Assembly: GCA_001662655.1 (NCBI GenBank)
Contig: KV460225.1
DNA: 64,000 nt
From: Pseudogymnoascus verrucosus
Taxonomy: Eukaryota
Direction: 5' to 3' (one strand)
Part shown: one piece after another, positions 28,474-41,567 of the stretch
Layout of the letters: every line of letters begins with the position of its first letter
Numbering within the stretch: the stretch's first letter is position 1
Notes under the pieces: generated by a model
Seen by the model: only the letters and a program-made list of their open reading frames with translations
The model's database searches: none
What the model was told of the DNA's origin: nothing
Made by a program: the position numbers and the translations under genes

Positions 28474-29373
28474 TCACTTCTGCTTCCCCTTCCCCTTCAA
28501 AAACCTCCCAAACCACTCCAAAGACTGCCTCTGCGACTCCACCGCACTCCTCGTCTGCCCCTCATCCTTCGGATCCGCCCTAACCGCAAACCCATGTTTC
28601 GCGCCCTCATACACCCTAACCTCACTCTCCAGCTCCTTCCTCCCCTCCAACAACCCCTCAATCTTCCTCACATCCTCAATCCCAATCACCATATCCACAT
28701 CTCCAATCGCCACCGCCAGCGGCTTGGCGACCTTTTCCCAGTCCTGCGGAAACGCCACCTTACTCGGATGCGCGGCGAACCCGGCGTCTACCATCCCATC
28801 TTCCTGGCAGAGATGGATCGTGTATTTACCCCCCCAACAGTACCCCGCTGATCCTAACCCGAGATGTGCGGTGGACGGGTCAGAGCGCACGGCGTGGTGG
28901 AAATCGTAGATCCGTGGACGCACGACGGCGTCGCGGTTGCGCGCTAAGAATGGGATGGCGGCGCTGGCGAATTGGACGGCCCAGACGGGTTTGTAGAAGA
29001 TGGTTGTGGCGAGGGAGGGGGAGGGGCCGAGGAGGGAGTCCATTAATTCCATTGTGCCAGGGGGTGGTGCGGTGCCTGGATATGTTCAGTACGGAGTGAT
29101 AAAACTGGGGGATTGGAAGGGGAAAGGCAAACCATTCATGAAGTCAGGGAGGTAGACGAGGAAATCGCCGTCTTGGGAGAGGCTGTCGGCGAGGAGACGG
29201 CTGTTGTTTGTTTCCCACCCGAAAATATCTGGGATCATGACGATGAGCCCTTTGGGGGCGTTCGGGGGCGTAGCGACGTAGGTTTCGAGGCCATGAATTG
29301 TCGATACAGTGCCGGTAGGCTTTTCAGTCTTCATATAGCCCGTAAGGCAGTTTTTACAGGACGGTGCCGCCAT
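28474..29373 (-). CDS. Dienelactone hydrolase family protein
   Basis: MIPDIFGW, YLPDFMNG, GYCWGG nucleophile motif, AAHPS, and YEGAKHGFAVR. Confidence 0.9.
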
Positions 29374-30305
29374 TGCTGGGAATGTGATAATAGAAGAATG
29401 AGAACGAGAATTAGTGATTGTTGTGGCTGCGGTCGTGGTTTTGAGGAAACGGCGCCCAGAGGTGTCAAAAAGGCTTATTTATGTGAGACCAATGCGACTA
29501 GAAGGATTAAGGAGCGGCATTTTGCTGGGATTTATTTGGTTTGAGTCCATCTGAGAATCGTTGGCGCTGATTGTGGAGTCGGAGTTAATCGAGTTAAGTC
29601 CTGGTGTGCCGCTCTCGGGCCGGTTGGGGAGGATCATCGGTGAGAGGAGCAACATGGCGATTAGCTGCGTCAGTGGATTGTGTTTGGTGCAAATAATTAC
29701 GTTTTGGTATAATTAGCTATCATTATTTGGGATATTTGACTTCTTCGGAAAAGTAGTGCTGGTATAGACGTCTTTTTTGTCGTGTTATCAGTCGCTATCG
29801 AGCTTGGATATCAAGTTTGGATATCAAGTTGATGAGGTGGCGGTGAAGAGATGACAATAGCTGCTCTATATCAACAATTAATTAAATTAGATCAAAAATC
29901 TGTGAGGAAATCTATGGCCATATCTATAGTATCTAGTTCAGGGACTCCCAACAATCCTGCTGCTCTTCTATGTCGTCGCGACAGAATACATCCGCCCAGC
30001 AAAAGAGGCTAAATAGTAGGACCGCCGACCATGGTATCTTGCTAACACATGGCTCCCTTCCACCCCCCAAATGAGCTCGCAAATGAGGTACTCACAGACG
30101 CAGGTTGCGATGGCGGTGGTGACAGTGGAAATTACAGTGAGAAGCTGCATTTCGTACTTGTACAGTACAGTTCAGTCTGCCGCAGGGTGCATAACGAGAC
30201 TGCACCGCGCGGCTAGCCACCCCCAGCACCAGCTCAATTAACCACTTCGTAGGCACACGCACCTCCGCCCGCATATCTACACCCCCCAACTTCCATCTTC
30301 ACAGC

Positions 30306-30980
30306 TTACAGCTCTGACTTCACTGGCTCAGCTGCCTTCTTCGCAATCTCCTTGAGCACATCACCCTCCAAAGTCTCCGGCTTCTTCGTGCTCGCCCACC
30401 TCTCCACAACCTTCCCATCCCTGCTAATCAGGAACTTCTCAAAGTTCCACTTCACGCGCTTCATGCCCATCAACCCCGGCTTCTCGCTCTTGATGTACTC
30501 CCACAGCGGATCGGCATTATCGCCATTGACCTCCGTCTTGCCGAAGATGGGGAAGCTGACGCCGTAGTTGATCTGGCAGAACTCCTGGATCTGGTCGTCG
30601 GCTGCGGGCTCCTGGCCGCCGAATTGGTTGCAGGGGAAGCCGAGGACGACGAACTCGCCGGGGTGAGAGGCTTCGATCTTCTGGTAGAGGGCTTCGAGTC
30701 CGCCGTATTGGGGGGTGAAGCCGCACTTGGAGGCGGTGTTGACGATGAGGAGGACTTTGCCGGCGTAGGCGGAGAGGGGTGCGGGTTCACCCTTCTCTGT
30801 TGAGGGTTAGTGATGAGTACGCGGTGAGAGAGGCAGCGAGCAGCAGATATGATGATAAGAACACATTGCCAATGCGACAACGAGGAGGGTTGGTGTTGTC
30901 GCTGGCGCAAACCAGGCATGTGAAGGATGCGACTTACTGTTGAGCGGCTTGAAGTCGAAGACGGAGGTAGCTGACGCCAT
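30306..30980 (-). CDS. HYR1: Glutathione peroxidase-like thiol peroxidase (Hyr1/Gpx3 type)
   Basis: VNTASKCGFTPQY, LGFPCNQFGGQEP and VKWNFEKFL; intron at ~30797-30938. Confidence 0.92.
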
Positions 30981-32161
30981 GTTTGATATGTTTCTTTTGC
31001 GACTATGTATATGCGATTGGATATCTGTGGGATATAAAGATGTCGTAGATGAGGTAGTTGACGTATGCGCCGTTATAGTGTTGTAGCTAGCGGTGAATAA
31101 AGATGCTTGGTGGCGGGAGTTGTAACCCCTCATGCGGGCCCCTCGGCATTTATATAAAGATGGCAAGCGAGACTGTGGACCGCGGCTCATCCCTCCACCA
31201 CCACAACTTCTTACAAAGCTGGCTGGCTGTAGATTGGGCCTGGACCGTCGCAACATGGTTTCGGAGGTTAGCGGAGGTTACAAATTAGGTGGTATTAAGT
31301 GGTTGCTGAGTAACATTAACAATTGTTATAGGATCTGGCCTTCTTGTCCATGTATTTGACATGTTCGTTGTTTACGTTTACAGCTGGAGAGATGGAGAGT
31401 CTGGAATTTGTGACGGTCTCTTATCAGCCAACACGTGACTGCATATTTTGCGATAAGAATTATGCTATGCATTGTGGAGATAAAGATCTTAGAATAGTGT
31501 AAATAGGCTCCAACTCCACAAACAAGCCACAGCCTACAAGCTACAGCTCTCTCCAGTCAAGGCGCTTCATGAGCTCCACATAATGATGACCACTCTGACT
31601 CCTTCGCCGCAGCTTCATAGCACACGGGACAGGGATGTGCTGCTCGTCACTCATCATCCATTGGCCTACGGCGTGATAACGGCGTTGAAGACGGCAGCTT
31701 CCACCTAATAGCATAAGGCGAACATGGGTGAGTATGCAGGCCGTCCCAGTCACGACAACGGCGAGTAACATCGTTTCCTTCCTCTCTCACCGCATTACGT
31801 CTGTGATTGCTTGGTTCCAGAGCTTGATAGAGGATCAAGGAGCAGTAGTTTCATGCACGGCCACGGTTGCCTGGCTGGAACCAGCCTTGGGGCTGAGCTG
31901 TGGGGAGAGGAGGCTGTGGGTGAGATCAACCCAACTCCAACGACAAGCCCCCAAACTCTATAAAGTCTGAATGAACTCCCTCATACCTTCTTTTTTTTTT
32001 CGTTCTTCATACTCGTTCACCATTCTCTTGGTGAGCTCACTTGCCGCTTTTTCCACGTCTTGAGCTGTGCTCTGAACTCCACTTCTTCCTCATCTTATAC
32101 CTACTCTCATCCTTCTCACAACAACACTCTCCTGCAATCACAACAACACTCTCCTGCAACC

Positions 32162-34495
32162 ATGGGTGAATCAAGTGACAAGAAGCCCGAAGGTGAGGGC
32201 GCCAAGTATGTTATCGTGAAGCCAGAGCAGGAATCGGCGACACCGGCCACCTCCAGCGACAATGAGACCAAGGAGGAGCTCCCACAATGCCCGGAGATCC
32301 TCTACAAAGTCCAGTACAAGGATTTTGGCGGAGAGATCAAGGGTACCAAGGATCTCACTGCTCCATACAAGATGAAGAAGACTGCATACAGCGATCTCGG
32401 CATTCCAATTCTCGAGGTCCTCTACAGTGTGACTGTCTGGTTCCCAACACTCTACAAGAATGGACGCAACAACAAGAAGAGAGAGGAGGACACTCCCAAG
32501 AACATGGACGACTTTGACGAGAAGTCCATGGAGGAGAAGGAACTCATCATCCACTCGGAGCCCATCATTAAGGCTCTCCGCTCCATCGTTGATTACTACC
32601 CTGGCCAGTCTCTCCTCGGAAACACCATCTCCATCAAGGAGCCATTCAGCATTCTCGTTCACTTCCGCAAGGAGCTCGATGAGTATCGGGAGTCTTGCGA
32701 TGATGCAGAGACCTATCACCACATTGGTGTCCTGCAGAAGTACCTTGAGGACAACCTCGGCGACAAGATCCTCGAGGAGGATGAGCGCTACATGCGCCCA
32801 ACTCCTGTTGCGACCTTTGAGATGCTTTGGATGTTGTTCAAGCCAGGAATGGACGTCTACGCAAACATCGACGACCAGCGTGGTGGTTTCGTCGTGCAGT
32901 CATGTACTCCAACTGCGGACGTCAACAAAGCCACGAAAATGGGGCAGCTCAGTCCCTTGAAGATCATGATGTGGTACATGGACTTCGATGGCCGCTATTT
33001 GGGCCGCAGACAGCACGAAGTGATCATCATTCCCTTCGAAGGCGAGCGCGAAATCACTTCTCTCAAGGTCATCCCAGCAATGTACCTCGACTCCGATCCC
33101 GAGGTTTCTCCTCGCCAGAAACTGGAGGACCGTGGTGAGAAGTTCTACAAGATGTTGATGGGCCGACAGATGGATTACAAGGGCTACAGTATGGCGGCTA
33201 AGCAGCGCCCAAAGCGTTTCCACGAGGGCCGAGTCGTCGTCGATCAGGGATCGTTCTACACATACGCAGGATGGGAGGAGACTGACATCCACCCGGCTCC
33301 AAGTCTGTGTGTCGACGATGACAACTCAGGCATTCTCGCCGACATGCACTACGACTGCAACTGCAGCGAGTGCATGGAGAAGCGCCGCGCCGCATCCGGG
33401 AGCACGAAGTGGGGGACCTACGAGAACATCGATCCCCAAGAAACCCCCTCCCTCGAGACCATCAAGGACGGCGTCGTCTCCCGCCACCGCTACTTCCTCT
33501 GTCCCCGCCGCATCATGGGTTTCGACCTGAAGTCCAAGAAGTGGCAAGCTCTCGACGTCGACTTCTGCCGCGAGCCCAAGATCAAAACCGAAGCCATCGA
33601 GAACCTCGTCCTCCCCAACGAGAAGCTCGGCATGATCAAAGCCCTCGTCCACAAATACACCACCTCCAAGAAAACCAACCCCTCCAAGAACGAGACCACC
33701 TGGGCCGCCGACCCCATCCCCAACAAGGGCGAGGGCCAGATTTTCCTCCTCCACGGCCCTCCCGGTGCCGGAAAGACCTTCACCGCCGAGTGTGTTGCGG
33801 AATTCACATCGCGCCCCCTCCTCTCTCTCACCTGTGGTGACATCGGAACCGACGAGTTCCGCGTCGAGGAGAACTTGTCCAAATGGTTCAAGCTCGCTGA
33901 GATCTGGGGAGCTGTCATGCTCATCGATGAGGCGGATGTCTACCTCGAGCGCCGCGAGGTCAACGAACTCACCCGCAATGGACTCGTCTCGGTATTCCTC
34001 CGCGCCATGGAGTATTACCGCGGTATCCTCTTCATGACCACCAACCGCGTTGGCCACTTCGACCCCGCCTTCTTCAGCCGTATCCACGTCTACATCGGCT
34101 ACCCACCCCTCGACGCCGTAGGACGCAAGCGAATCTGGCTCCAGTTCTTCGCCAAGCTCGAGCGCGAGCGCGGCGATGACGTATCTGTCCGGGCCGCGGC
34201 AAAGAAGTACATTCTCAGCGACGACGTGCTTCGCGACACCGAGTGGAACGGTCGCGAGATCCGTAACGCGTTCCAGACTGCCGTGGCGCTGGCTGAGTAC
34301 GAGGCTGACCAGAAGCGCAAGGTGGAGGATAAGACGAAGCCGTTGGAGATTGAGCTCCGACAGGACCATTTCGAGAAGGTGGTCGAGATGAGTGATAACT
34401 TTAAGAAGTACTTGGCTACTGTTGGGCCCGAGGAGGGGTCGGAGATGGTTAAGGCGAAGGGGCATGGGGATAGAGGGGATGATAGCTTGTTGTAG
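32162..34495 (+). CDS. Fungal AAA+ ATPase, intronless
   Basis: Walker A GPPGAGKT, Walker B MLIDEAD, FLRAMEYYRGILFMTTNR and WNGREIRNAFQTA. Confidence 0.92.
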   Translation: MGESSDKKPEGEGAKYVIVKPEQESATPATSSDNETKEELPQCPEILYKVQYKDFGGEIKGTKDLTAPYKMKKTAYSDLGIPILEVLYSVTVWFPTLYKNGRNNKKREEDTPKNMDDFDEKSMEEKELIIHSEPIIKALRSIVDYYPGQSLLGNTISIKEPFSILVHFRKELDEYRESCDDAETYHHIGVLQKYLEDNLGDKILEEDERYMRPTPVATFEMLWMLFKPGMDVYANIDDQRGGFVVQSCTPTADVNKATKMGQLSPLKIMMWYMDFDGRYLGRRQHEVIIIPFEGEREITSLKVIPAMYLDSDPEVSPRQKLEDRGEKFYKMLMGRQMDYKGYSMAAKQRPKRFHEGRVVVDQGSFYTYAGWEETDIHPAPSLCVDDDNSGILADMHYDCNCSECMEKRRAASGSTKWGTYENIDPQETPSLETIKDGVVSRHRYFLCPRRIMGFDLKSKKWQALDVDFCREPKIKTEAIENLVLPNEKLGMIKALVHKYTTSKKTNPSKNETTWAADPIPNKGEGQIFLLHGPPGAGKTFTAECVAEFTSRPLLSLTCGDIGTDEFRVEENLSKWFKLAEIWGAVMLIDEADVYLERREVNELTRNGLVSVFLRAMEYYRGILFMTTNRVGHFDPAFFSRIHVYIGYPPLDAVGRKRIWLQFFAKLERERGDDVSVRAAAKKYILSDDVLRDTEWNGREIRNAFQTAVALAEYEADQKRKVEDKTKPLEIELRQDHFEKVVEMSDNFKKYLATVGPEEGSEMVKAKGHGDRGDDSLL

Positions 34496-34732
34496 AGGAT
34501 TAGATTTACTGCGTGGGGAGTGGTAGATCGGATGTGTATTTTAATGAATAACGAGATGATGATGTATTTGATAAGTCCAATTGCTCTTTATTCAGTGTGA
34601 TACGAAACTTTTTTCTCTAGATCATCCATCATCACCAAAATTGTACCATCTCTATCATCATCTCATTTTCGGCCTTCAAAACTTGTTCGATCTAGGCTCA
34701 ATCACCATCTCACCTCATTTTATCTCCCCCCC

Positions 34733-37111
34733 TTAAAACCTCAAATCCCATCCAATCTTGGGTCCCAAAATAGGCAACTCATCCGCCACACTCTGCACAT
34801 CCTTATCACCGCGTCCACTAACACAAATAACAACATCCTTCCCCTTCCCCAACCTCTTCGCCACCTCCACAGCGCCCCAAACCGCATGCGCCGTCTCCAG
34901 CGCCGGAATAATCCCCTCAAACTGCGACAGCGCCCTGAACCCCTCAAATGCCTGCGCATCCGTCGCCGCGATAAACGTCGCGCGATCGCTATCCTTCCAC
35001 GCGCTCAGCTCTGGGCCGACACCGGGGTAATCCAGACCAGCCGACACAGAGTGAGTATCCTGGATCTGTCCATGCTCGTCTTGGAGAACGTAGGTGCGAA
35101 CACCGTGGAGAACGCCCTTGGATCCTCCGCTCAGAGTCGCAGAGTGGCGCGGGGTATCGATTCCGTCACCCGCGGCCTCGACGCCGACGAGCTCAACGCT
35201 CGGGTCAGCGGAGAAGGGGAAGAACATTCCCGTGGCGTTTGAGCCACCACCCACGCACGCCACGACGGCGTCGGGGAGCTTGCCGCGCGCAGCCTGCATC
35301 TGGGCCTTTGTCTCGTCACCGATGACGGACTGGAATGTGCGAACCATCGTCGGGAAGGGGTGGGGTCCGATGGCCGATCCGAGGATGTAGTGCGTGGTAT
35401 CCAAGTTCACGACCCAGGAGCGCATAGCCTCGTTAACGGCATCACGGAGGGTGCGCGATCCTGCCTCGACGGCAACGACGCGCGCGCCGAGGAGCTTAAT
35501 GCGGAAGACGTTCAGGGCCTGGCGGCGCACGTCCTCAGCGCCCATGTAGATGGTGCACTTCATGTTGAACTTCGCGCAGACAGTCGCGGTAGCGACACCG
35601 TGCTGACCGGCGCCAGTCTCAGCGATAATCTCGGTCTTCCCGAGGCGGCGGGCGATCAGGATCTGTCCGAGGGCATTGTTGATCTTGTGGCTACCGGTGT
35701 GGTTGAGATCCTCACGCTTGAGCCAGATGTTAGCTCCGCCAACGTGCTCGGTCAGGCGCTCGGCGAGGTGCAGGTGCCCTGGGCGGCCGATCCAGGGGTA
35801 GTATGAACGGTACTCCTCCCAGAACTTGGGGTCGTTCTTGGCCTCAGCCCAGCACTGCTCGAGCTCGGAAAGGCAGTCCATCAGCGACTCGGGGACGTAT
35901 TGGCCGCCGAACTCGCCGAAGCGGGAGGGGATGTGGTTTGGGTTTGCGATACCGTCGGCGTTCAGGGCGACGATTTGGTCGGCGAGGCCGACTTCGCCTT
36001 CGGGGCGGGGAGGGACGACGGCGTCGACTTGGACTTGATCTCCCGAGGGCTCTTGGGCGCTGTGTACGGCCTCGACCATTCCGATTTCACGGGTCACTGG
36101 GGCTGCTCTCCTTCCAGAGACGGTGGCACAGTAGTTCTCGACCGCCTTGGCTCCCTGTCCTGCTGGTGCGTCACCAAGCTCGTTGATGATCTGGCTTCCA
36201 ATCACGACACCATCAGCGATCTTGGCAACGGTGACGAAATGGTCTCTTGTGCTGACACCGAATCCAACGGCTGCCGGCTTGCCGCCAGAGTACTCCTTAA
36301 CTCGTGCCAAGAGCTCGGGGATACCTGTGCTCAAAGTGCCTGTAGCTCCGGTGACGCCCATTCTCGAGACGACATAGACGAATGAAGTAGCGAGTCCGCA
36401 GAGGAGCTTCATGCGCTCATCTGTGGTGGATGGGGCGATCAGGGGAACGTATGAGAGTCTACGATGCTGTTAGTAGCTGTAATAACAACCATTTGGACGG
36501 ATACTGACTGTGCTTTGGTGCAGAAGTTTCTGAATGTGACGGCCTCCTCCGGTGGCAGGTCAACAATAATGAAACCGTTGATGCCAGCCTCCTTGCAGTC
36601 CTTCAGTAGTCTCTCCTCTCCGTAGCTCAAAATCGGGTTATAGTATCCCATGAACAGTACAGGGACTGTCAGTCCCTTCTTTCTCGCATCGCGGACCAGT
36701 TGGAGCACCAAGCTGACCGTAACCTTGTTTTTTAAAGCGACCTGAAGCTCAGTCAGCGGCGTAACAGCAGTCCAGTAGGTCTGTACGAACGGTATTCGAC
36801 TTTTGGATAGTTGGTCCATCAGCAATGGGGTCTGTGAAAGGGATTCCGAGTTCAATGATGTCTGGAGAGGGAATATTAGCATTGGTCGCTCGCTTTACAA
36901 TGAAGTCATAACATACCTGATCCACCGGCTTGCAGCCCCAGCATAATATCAACACATTCCTCTACAGTAGGATACCCAGCGGTGAAATATGTAACCAACG
37001 CCGCCTATATATCATGTCAGCATCAATTCACCGCTCTCATAGTCTGAGCTCGTTGAGACTCACTCTCCCCTCCTTCTTGCACTGTGCAAAGGTCTGTTTA
37101 AGGCCCTCCAT
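34733..37111 (-). CDS. TRP5: Tryptophan synthase, fused alpha and beta
   Basis: [58 protein letters not shown] with the PLP lysine; [17 protein letters not shown]. Confidence 0.97.
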
Positions 37112-37483
37112 TTTCGCTGCCAATTATTTTTATAAGTCAATTGAAGCGTATAAGTGGGATTGAGGAAAGAAACTCTCGTATCGAGAAAAAGGGTTGTTTA
37201 TATGCAAGTGTCCTCTCTGTTGTGAGTCAAACCAGCCCATGTACGAAATATCCGAAGTCGCCCCTCCATCCCACTATCGACCACAAAATACGTTTCACCG
37301 CCCCGGCAGAATATTCAATAGGCTAACGCCCGGTCCGGCTTCAGCCTTGCCCGATTACCATCCATAACGAATTACCCCGAACGCACGCATTACCGATTCA
37401 AGAAGCAACATTCCTTTTGTACGGGTATTAGCAAGCCTTACAATATACCGACAAGTAAACATCTTCGATATAGTCACACAACC

Positions 37484-37927
37484 ATGCCTCGTCTCCTCCT
37501 CCGCCTCAACCCGGCGCCCTACCGCCGCCTCTTCTCGACATCCTCCGTTCGTCCCGCCTTCGCGACTGGGCCCTCCCCGCCACGCCTCCCACCCAAGGAG
37601 CAAGAAGAGTTCGAAAGGCTACAGAAGGCTTCGACGGGTGCCTTCTCAACACCGCGTGCGACACCACAAATAAACCAATCCCCGGCGTCGAAGCCGCAGG
37701 TCAACCAAAGCCCGGCAACAGATGAGTCAGCGGATGCCCTTGCGGCTAGGATAGAAGCTACTGGCAAAGGACAGGAGCTGCACCCTGATGTTCGCAGAGG
37801 TGCGAAGCCAGAATTTGAGGGGGAAGTAAATCCAAAGACGGGGGAGGTGGGAGGGCCGAAGAATGACCCATTGAAGTGGGGAGGGGAGGCGGATTGGAGT
37901 TATAATGGACGGGTGACTGACTTTTAA
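37484..37927 (+). CDS. SDH8: Succinate dehydrogenase assembly factor 4 (DUF1674)
   Basis: Mitochondrial-type N-terminus, PPRLPPKEQEEFE, and C-terminal NPKTGEVGGPKNDPL..DWSYNGRVTDF. Confidence 0.92.
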   Translation: MPRLLLRLNPAPYRRLFSTSSVRPAFATGPSPPRLPPKEQEEFERLQKASTGAFSTPRATPQINQSPASKPQVNQSPATDESADALAARIEATGKGQELHPDVRRGAKPEFEGEVNPKTGEVGGPKNDPLKWGGEADWSYNGRVTDF

Positions 37928-38427
37928 TCGCATGTCTTTACATGTGGGAATACGTCGAGCTGTATGATCAGGGAAAAGCATTGGCAGAGCGTTTTTGTAT
38001 GAACATGCGTGGAAGTGCTGTATAGATGCTGTATATATATCAATTTGCTTCAGCGAAATAGAAGTCACATGCATTTCAACATAACGGCCAGAGTGGCAAA
38101 AAGTGAGGTAAGAACAGAACCAGAATTATTATTCCATGTTAGTTCTTATGATGCTAAAAGTTCCAGGAACTTATCCAAGCTACCACGCCCAAGATAGGGT
38201 TTAACTCCTCTTCACTTTTGAAATCCAAAATGGCACGTTTGCACTGTACATATGCCTACCAGAGCTTTGAAATATCCCCTGAACCTTACACCAACAAAGC
38301 GCCTGAAATTTATCAAAACACCCCCCAAAAAACTTGCCCTCTGATCTATTACTTTGAAAAGTATCCTCCTCCAAAATCCACCTCAAACTAGAACGCTGGC
38401 TTTCCATTCCATACCAAAATCTGACGT

Positions 38428-39519
38428 TTAATCCGTAGGCGCGTGAGTGAACAAGAAAGAAACACTCTCGCCGTTGTGGGTCCTGCGGATGGCCTCAGCC
38501 AACGTAGGGCTGATGTCGATTGTCTGCAGCTTCGCGCACGACTCCTCCTTGCCTTGCATGGGGACAGTGTTCGTTGTCACGACCCTGCTCAGCTTGGACT
38601 TGTTGATGATCTCGATGGCCTTTCCGGACAGGATACCATGGGTGACGATCGCAACAACCTCCTTTGCGCCGTGGGCCATAACTGTCTCAGCAGCCTTTGC
38701 CAAGGTGCCACAAGTATCGGCCATATCATCCACCAAAATGGCGGTCTTGTCAGAAACGTCACCAACCAGGACCATGCGCGACACCTCGTTGGGCCTCGCA
38801 CGCTCCTTGTGAATCAGAGCGAATCCAAGATCCAACCTGTCGGCAATGCTGGTTGCCCTCTTTGCGCCACCAGCATCGGGGCTGACGATAACACAGTTCT
38901 TGACGTCCAGGTTCTCCCTGATCCACCTCAGGGTGCTGGGCTCGGCATATAGGTTGTCGACGGGGACGTTGAAGAAGCCCTGGATCTGGGAGGCGTGCAG
39001 GTCCATCGTGATGACGTGGTTGCAGCCAGCGGTCTGGAGCATGTTTGCGATGAGCTTCGCGGAGATGGGCGCACGGGACTTGTCCTTCTTGTCTTGGCGC
39101 GCGTAGGGGAAGTTGGGGATGACGGCGGTGATGCGGCGTGCAGAGGCGGTCTTGCATGCGTTGATCATGATGAGGAGTTCCATGAGTCCGTCATTGATAT
39201 CTCCCGGGGCGGTGGATTGGAGGATGAAAACTTTGAGGTGTTAGAGTATGCACAACTATAGAAACAAAGCCACGGGAATAAGACAGATTCGTACCATCTT
39301 CGTCACGAACAGACTCTCCGACTGTGACTGATGTCTCTTGATTCGAGTAGTTCAGACTCATAGTCTTCGCAAGCTCAATACCGAGGCTATGCGCAGTCAG
39401 CAACGTGCCCATCCACGCTCACCGGGTTAGGGCGCTGGTGTGCCTTACCGGTCGGCAACCAAGCGGGCAAGCTGAGGATGGCTGTTGCCAGTCAACAGCT
39501 TGATAGAGTTCGTCGCCAT
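38428..39519 (-). CDS. PRS: Ribose-phosphate pyrophosphokinase (PRPP synthetase)
   Basis: [42 protein letters not shown], and [12 protein letters not shown]; 2 introns. Confidence 0.96.
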
Positions 39520-39899
39520 TTTGTCTGAGTGTGTCGAGGAGAATTCGTCCGAGTTTCGGGGAGATCCGTGACGTGGGGTCGGGAAGCTGCCCGGGTGATA
39601 GGGTATGGCAGCTGGGTCTATCCAAGAGCTCAATTCTTCAAGAAAATATAATGGAGTTAGAAGATGTGCAACTCTGTGATGTGGCGTGGATGAGAAGCCC
39701 AGATTTCAGGCTACGGTGTGGGGTAAAATGTTCCAGAAGTTTGAAGCTGAACTTGCGGGACAAAAGTTGTCAAGACAAAAATTAGCGCGGAATTTGGTCC
39801 GCCGAGGCGATAAGATCTGAGACAGCACGGGGTTGAATCAAAAGGTGGCATGGTGGCTAGCGAACACTGAACGCCAAAAGTGATAATTTAGAAAACCTA

Positions 39900-40180
39900 C
39901 GTTCTCGCTCTATTACTTCCTGTGGCCATAGTTATCTATATAAAATAGTAGTTATACTAAATACTAAATAATTGATTTTTCCTTATTTTTAACATACACT
40001 CTCTACTTATATTTCCTGCATACTGTACTATACTTACGATATTCTTATATGGTTATGTAGTATTCTACTTTTATAAAGCCGTTTAATATATGTAATTTTT
40101 GGATTTTTGCCACTTGTAATAATTTATTCTCTGCTGTTCCTACACAGTAAGCCTTACTATCTTACAGTATAAACCTTGGT
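39900..40180. other. AT/TpA-rich degenerate tract, possible RIP-mutated repeat relic
   Basis: Abrupt drop in GC with many TA dinucleotides and no ORF. Confidence 0.45.
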
Positions 40181-40624
40181 GGAGTCGTGGCAGATCCGGA
40201 AAATTAAAGCCTAGACAGCGTATTTAGCATCGTATGCCAACAGACCCCATGCCTTCGTATTTCTCACCCGACCTAGACACTATAGCTGAGATGATAACTC
40301 CTCTCCTGAGATCTCTCGATGTCGCGATTCTTCTCTAGAAGTATTATATTTCGATATTCGTCGCCCTCATCGGGTTGAGCCGTTGTACCCGTCTCTGTAC
40401 CCGTCTTTCTCGCGAATGTAGACTGTCCCCTCACTTCAACTACATTACGTGACTGCACCGAGGTTGGACATCCGTCGAGATTCCGCAGTCGAACTGCCAC
40501 TTACATTATATGTCGTCACCAACACATCTATCCTCCATTACTACTACCAGCACAATAACTCTTAACAACAAGACTTAGGATATACTAGTTAAGTTCTCGA
40601 AAACACCATTACAATTCTTAAGCC

Positions 40625-41567
40625 ATGGCACCTGTTGAGGATGTGGCACCCCCGCTTTTCGAGCGGTTTCTCGCCAGCGTATTGAAACCTGCTGGACTTA
40701 TTTGCTACTGCTATTACTGTAAGTTCCATATTTAGGATTTAGCTCCATGTTATTAACTCTACGTAGATCTTCTGATAACCTTTCTACAATGGCCTTTGCT
40801 TGCATTCCAAGACTTGCAAGCCTTCAGACACCGCGCTGTATGTATAATTTCCACTAGTTAACCCGGCATATGCTTATTAAATACAGTTTTCGAGGGTCTG
40901 GGGCAAAGTAGGAGCGGAGTTGTCGCAGCAGCTTGAAGGCAACACGTTCGACATGCTGAAAACAGCCAGCGGAGTAGTTTTGGATGTTGGGCCAGGCACC
41001 GGAGAGATATTATGTCGGCTGGATCCAGCACTCATAACCAAGGCTTATGGTGTGGAACCTGCGGTTGACATGCACCCAGCGCTACAGAAGAACATCAACA
41101 AAGCCGGGCTCGCTGGAAAATACGAGATTGTTTCCTGTGGTGCTGAACCTGCAACTCTCATCCCGGCACTGGATAAGCTAGCGCTCCTTAAGACGGAAGG
41201 CCGGTCTAACGAGGGTGTCTTCGATACGATCCTGTGTATCAGAGTCCTCTGCAGCGTGTCAAACCAGCAGGATACTGTCAACGAGCTTTACCGGTTACTG
41301 AAACCTGGCGGTCGCCTGATTGTCTGCGAGCACATTGCTAGCCCTTGGCCTGGGCGAGCATCGGTTGTGACATGGATCTTGCAAAAGCTCTGGATCTTAG
41401 CGGGGTGGAATGTTTTAATGGGTGGGTGTAAACTCAATAGAGACACTGTCGGCGCCCTTGAGGCAGCTGGTGGAGGAGATCGAAAGGGCTGGAAGAAGAT
41501 TGATATTGGGTACTGGGAAACCTGGCACCCCATACCGTTTGTGGTGGGTGAGCTGGTAAAGATTTAA
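40625..41567 (+). CDS. Class I SAM-dependent methyltransferase (METTL7/UbiE-like)
   Basis: VVLDVGPGTG (motif I), YGVEP, FDTILCIRVLCSV, LLKPGGRLIVCEH and GCKLNRD; two short 5' introns. Confidence 0.85.

Noticed and set aside
30981..31256. In-frame N-terminal extension of the glutathione peroxidase as a possible targeting peptide
   Set aside because: A TATATAAA element lies only about 17 nt upstream of the ATG at 31133, so that ATG is probably not in the main transcript. It cannot be supported without 5' end data.
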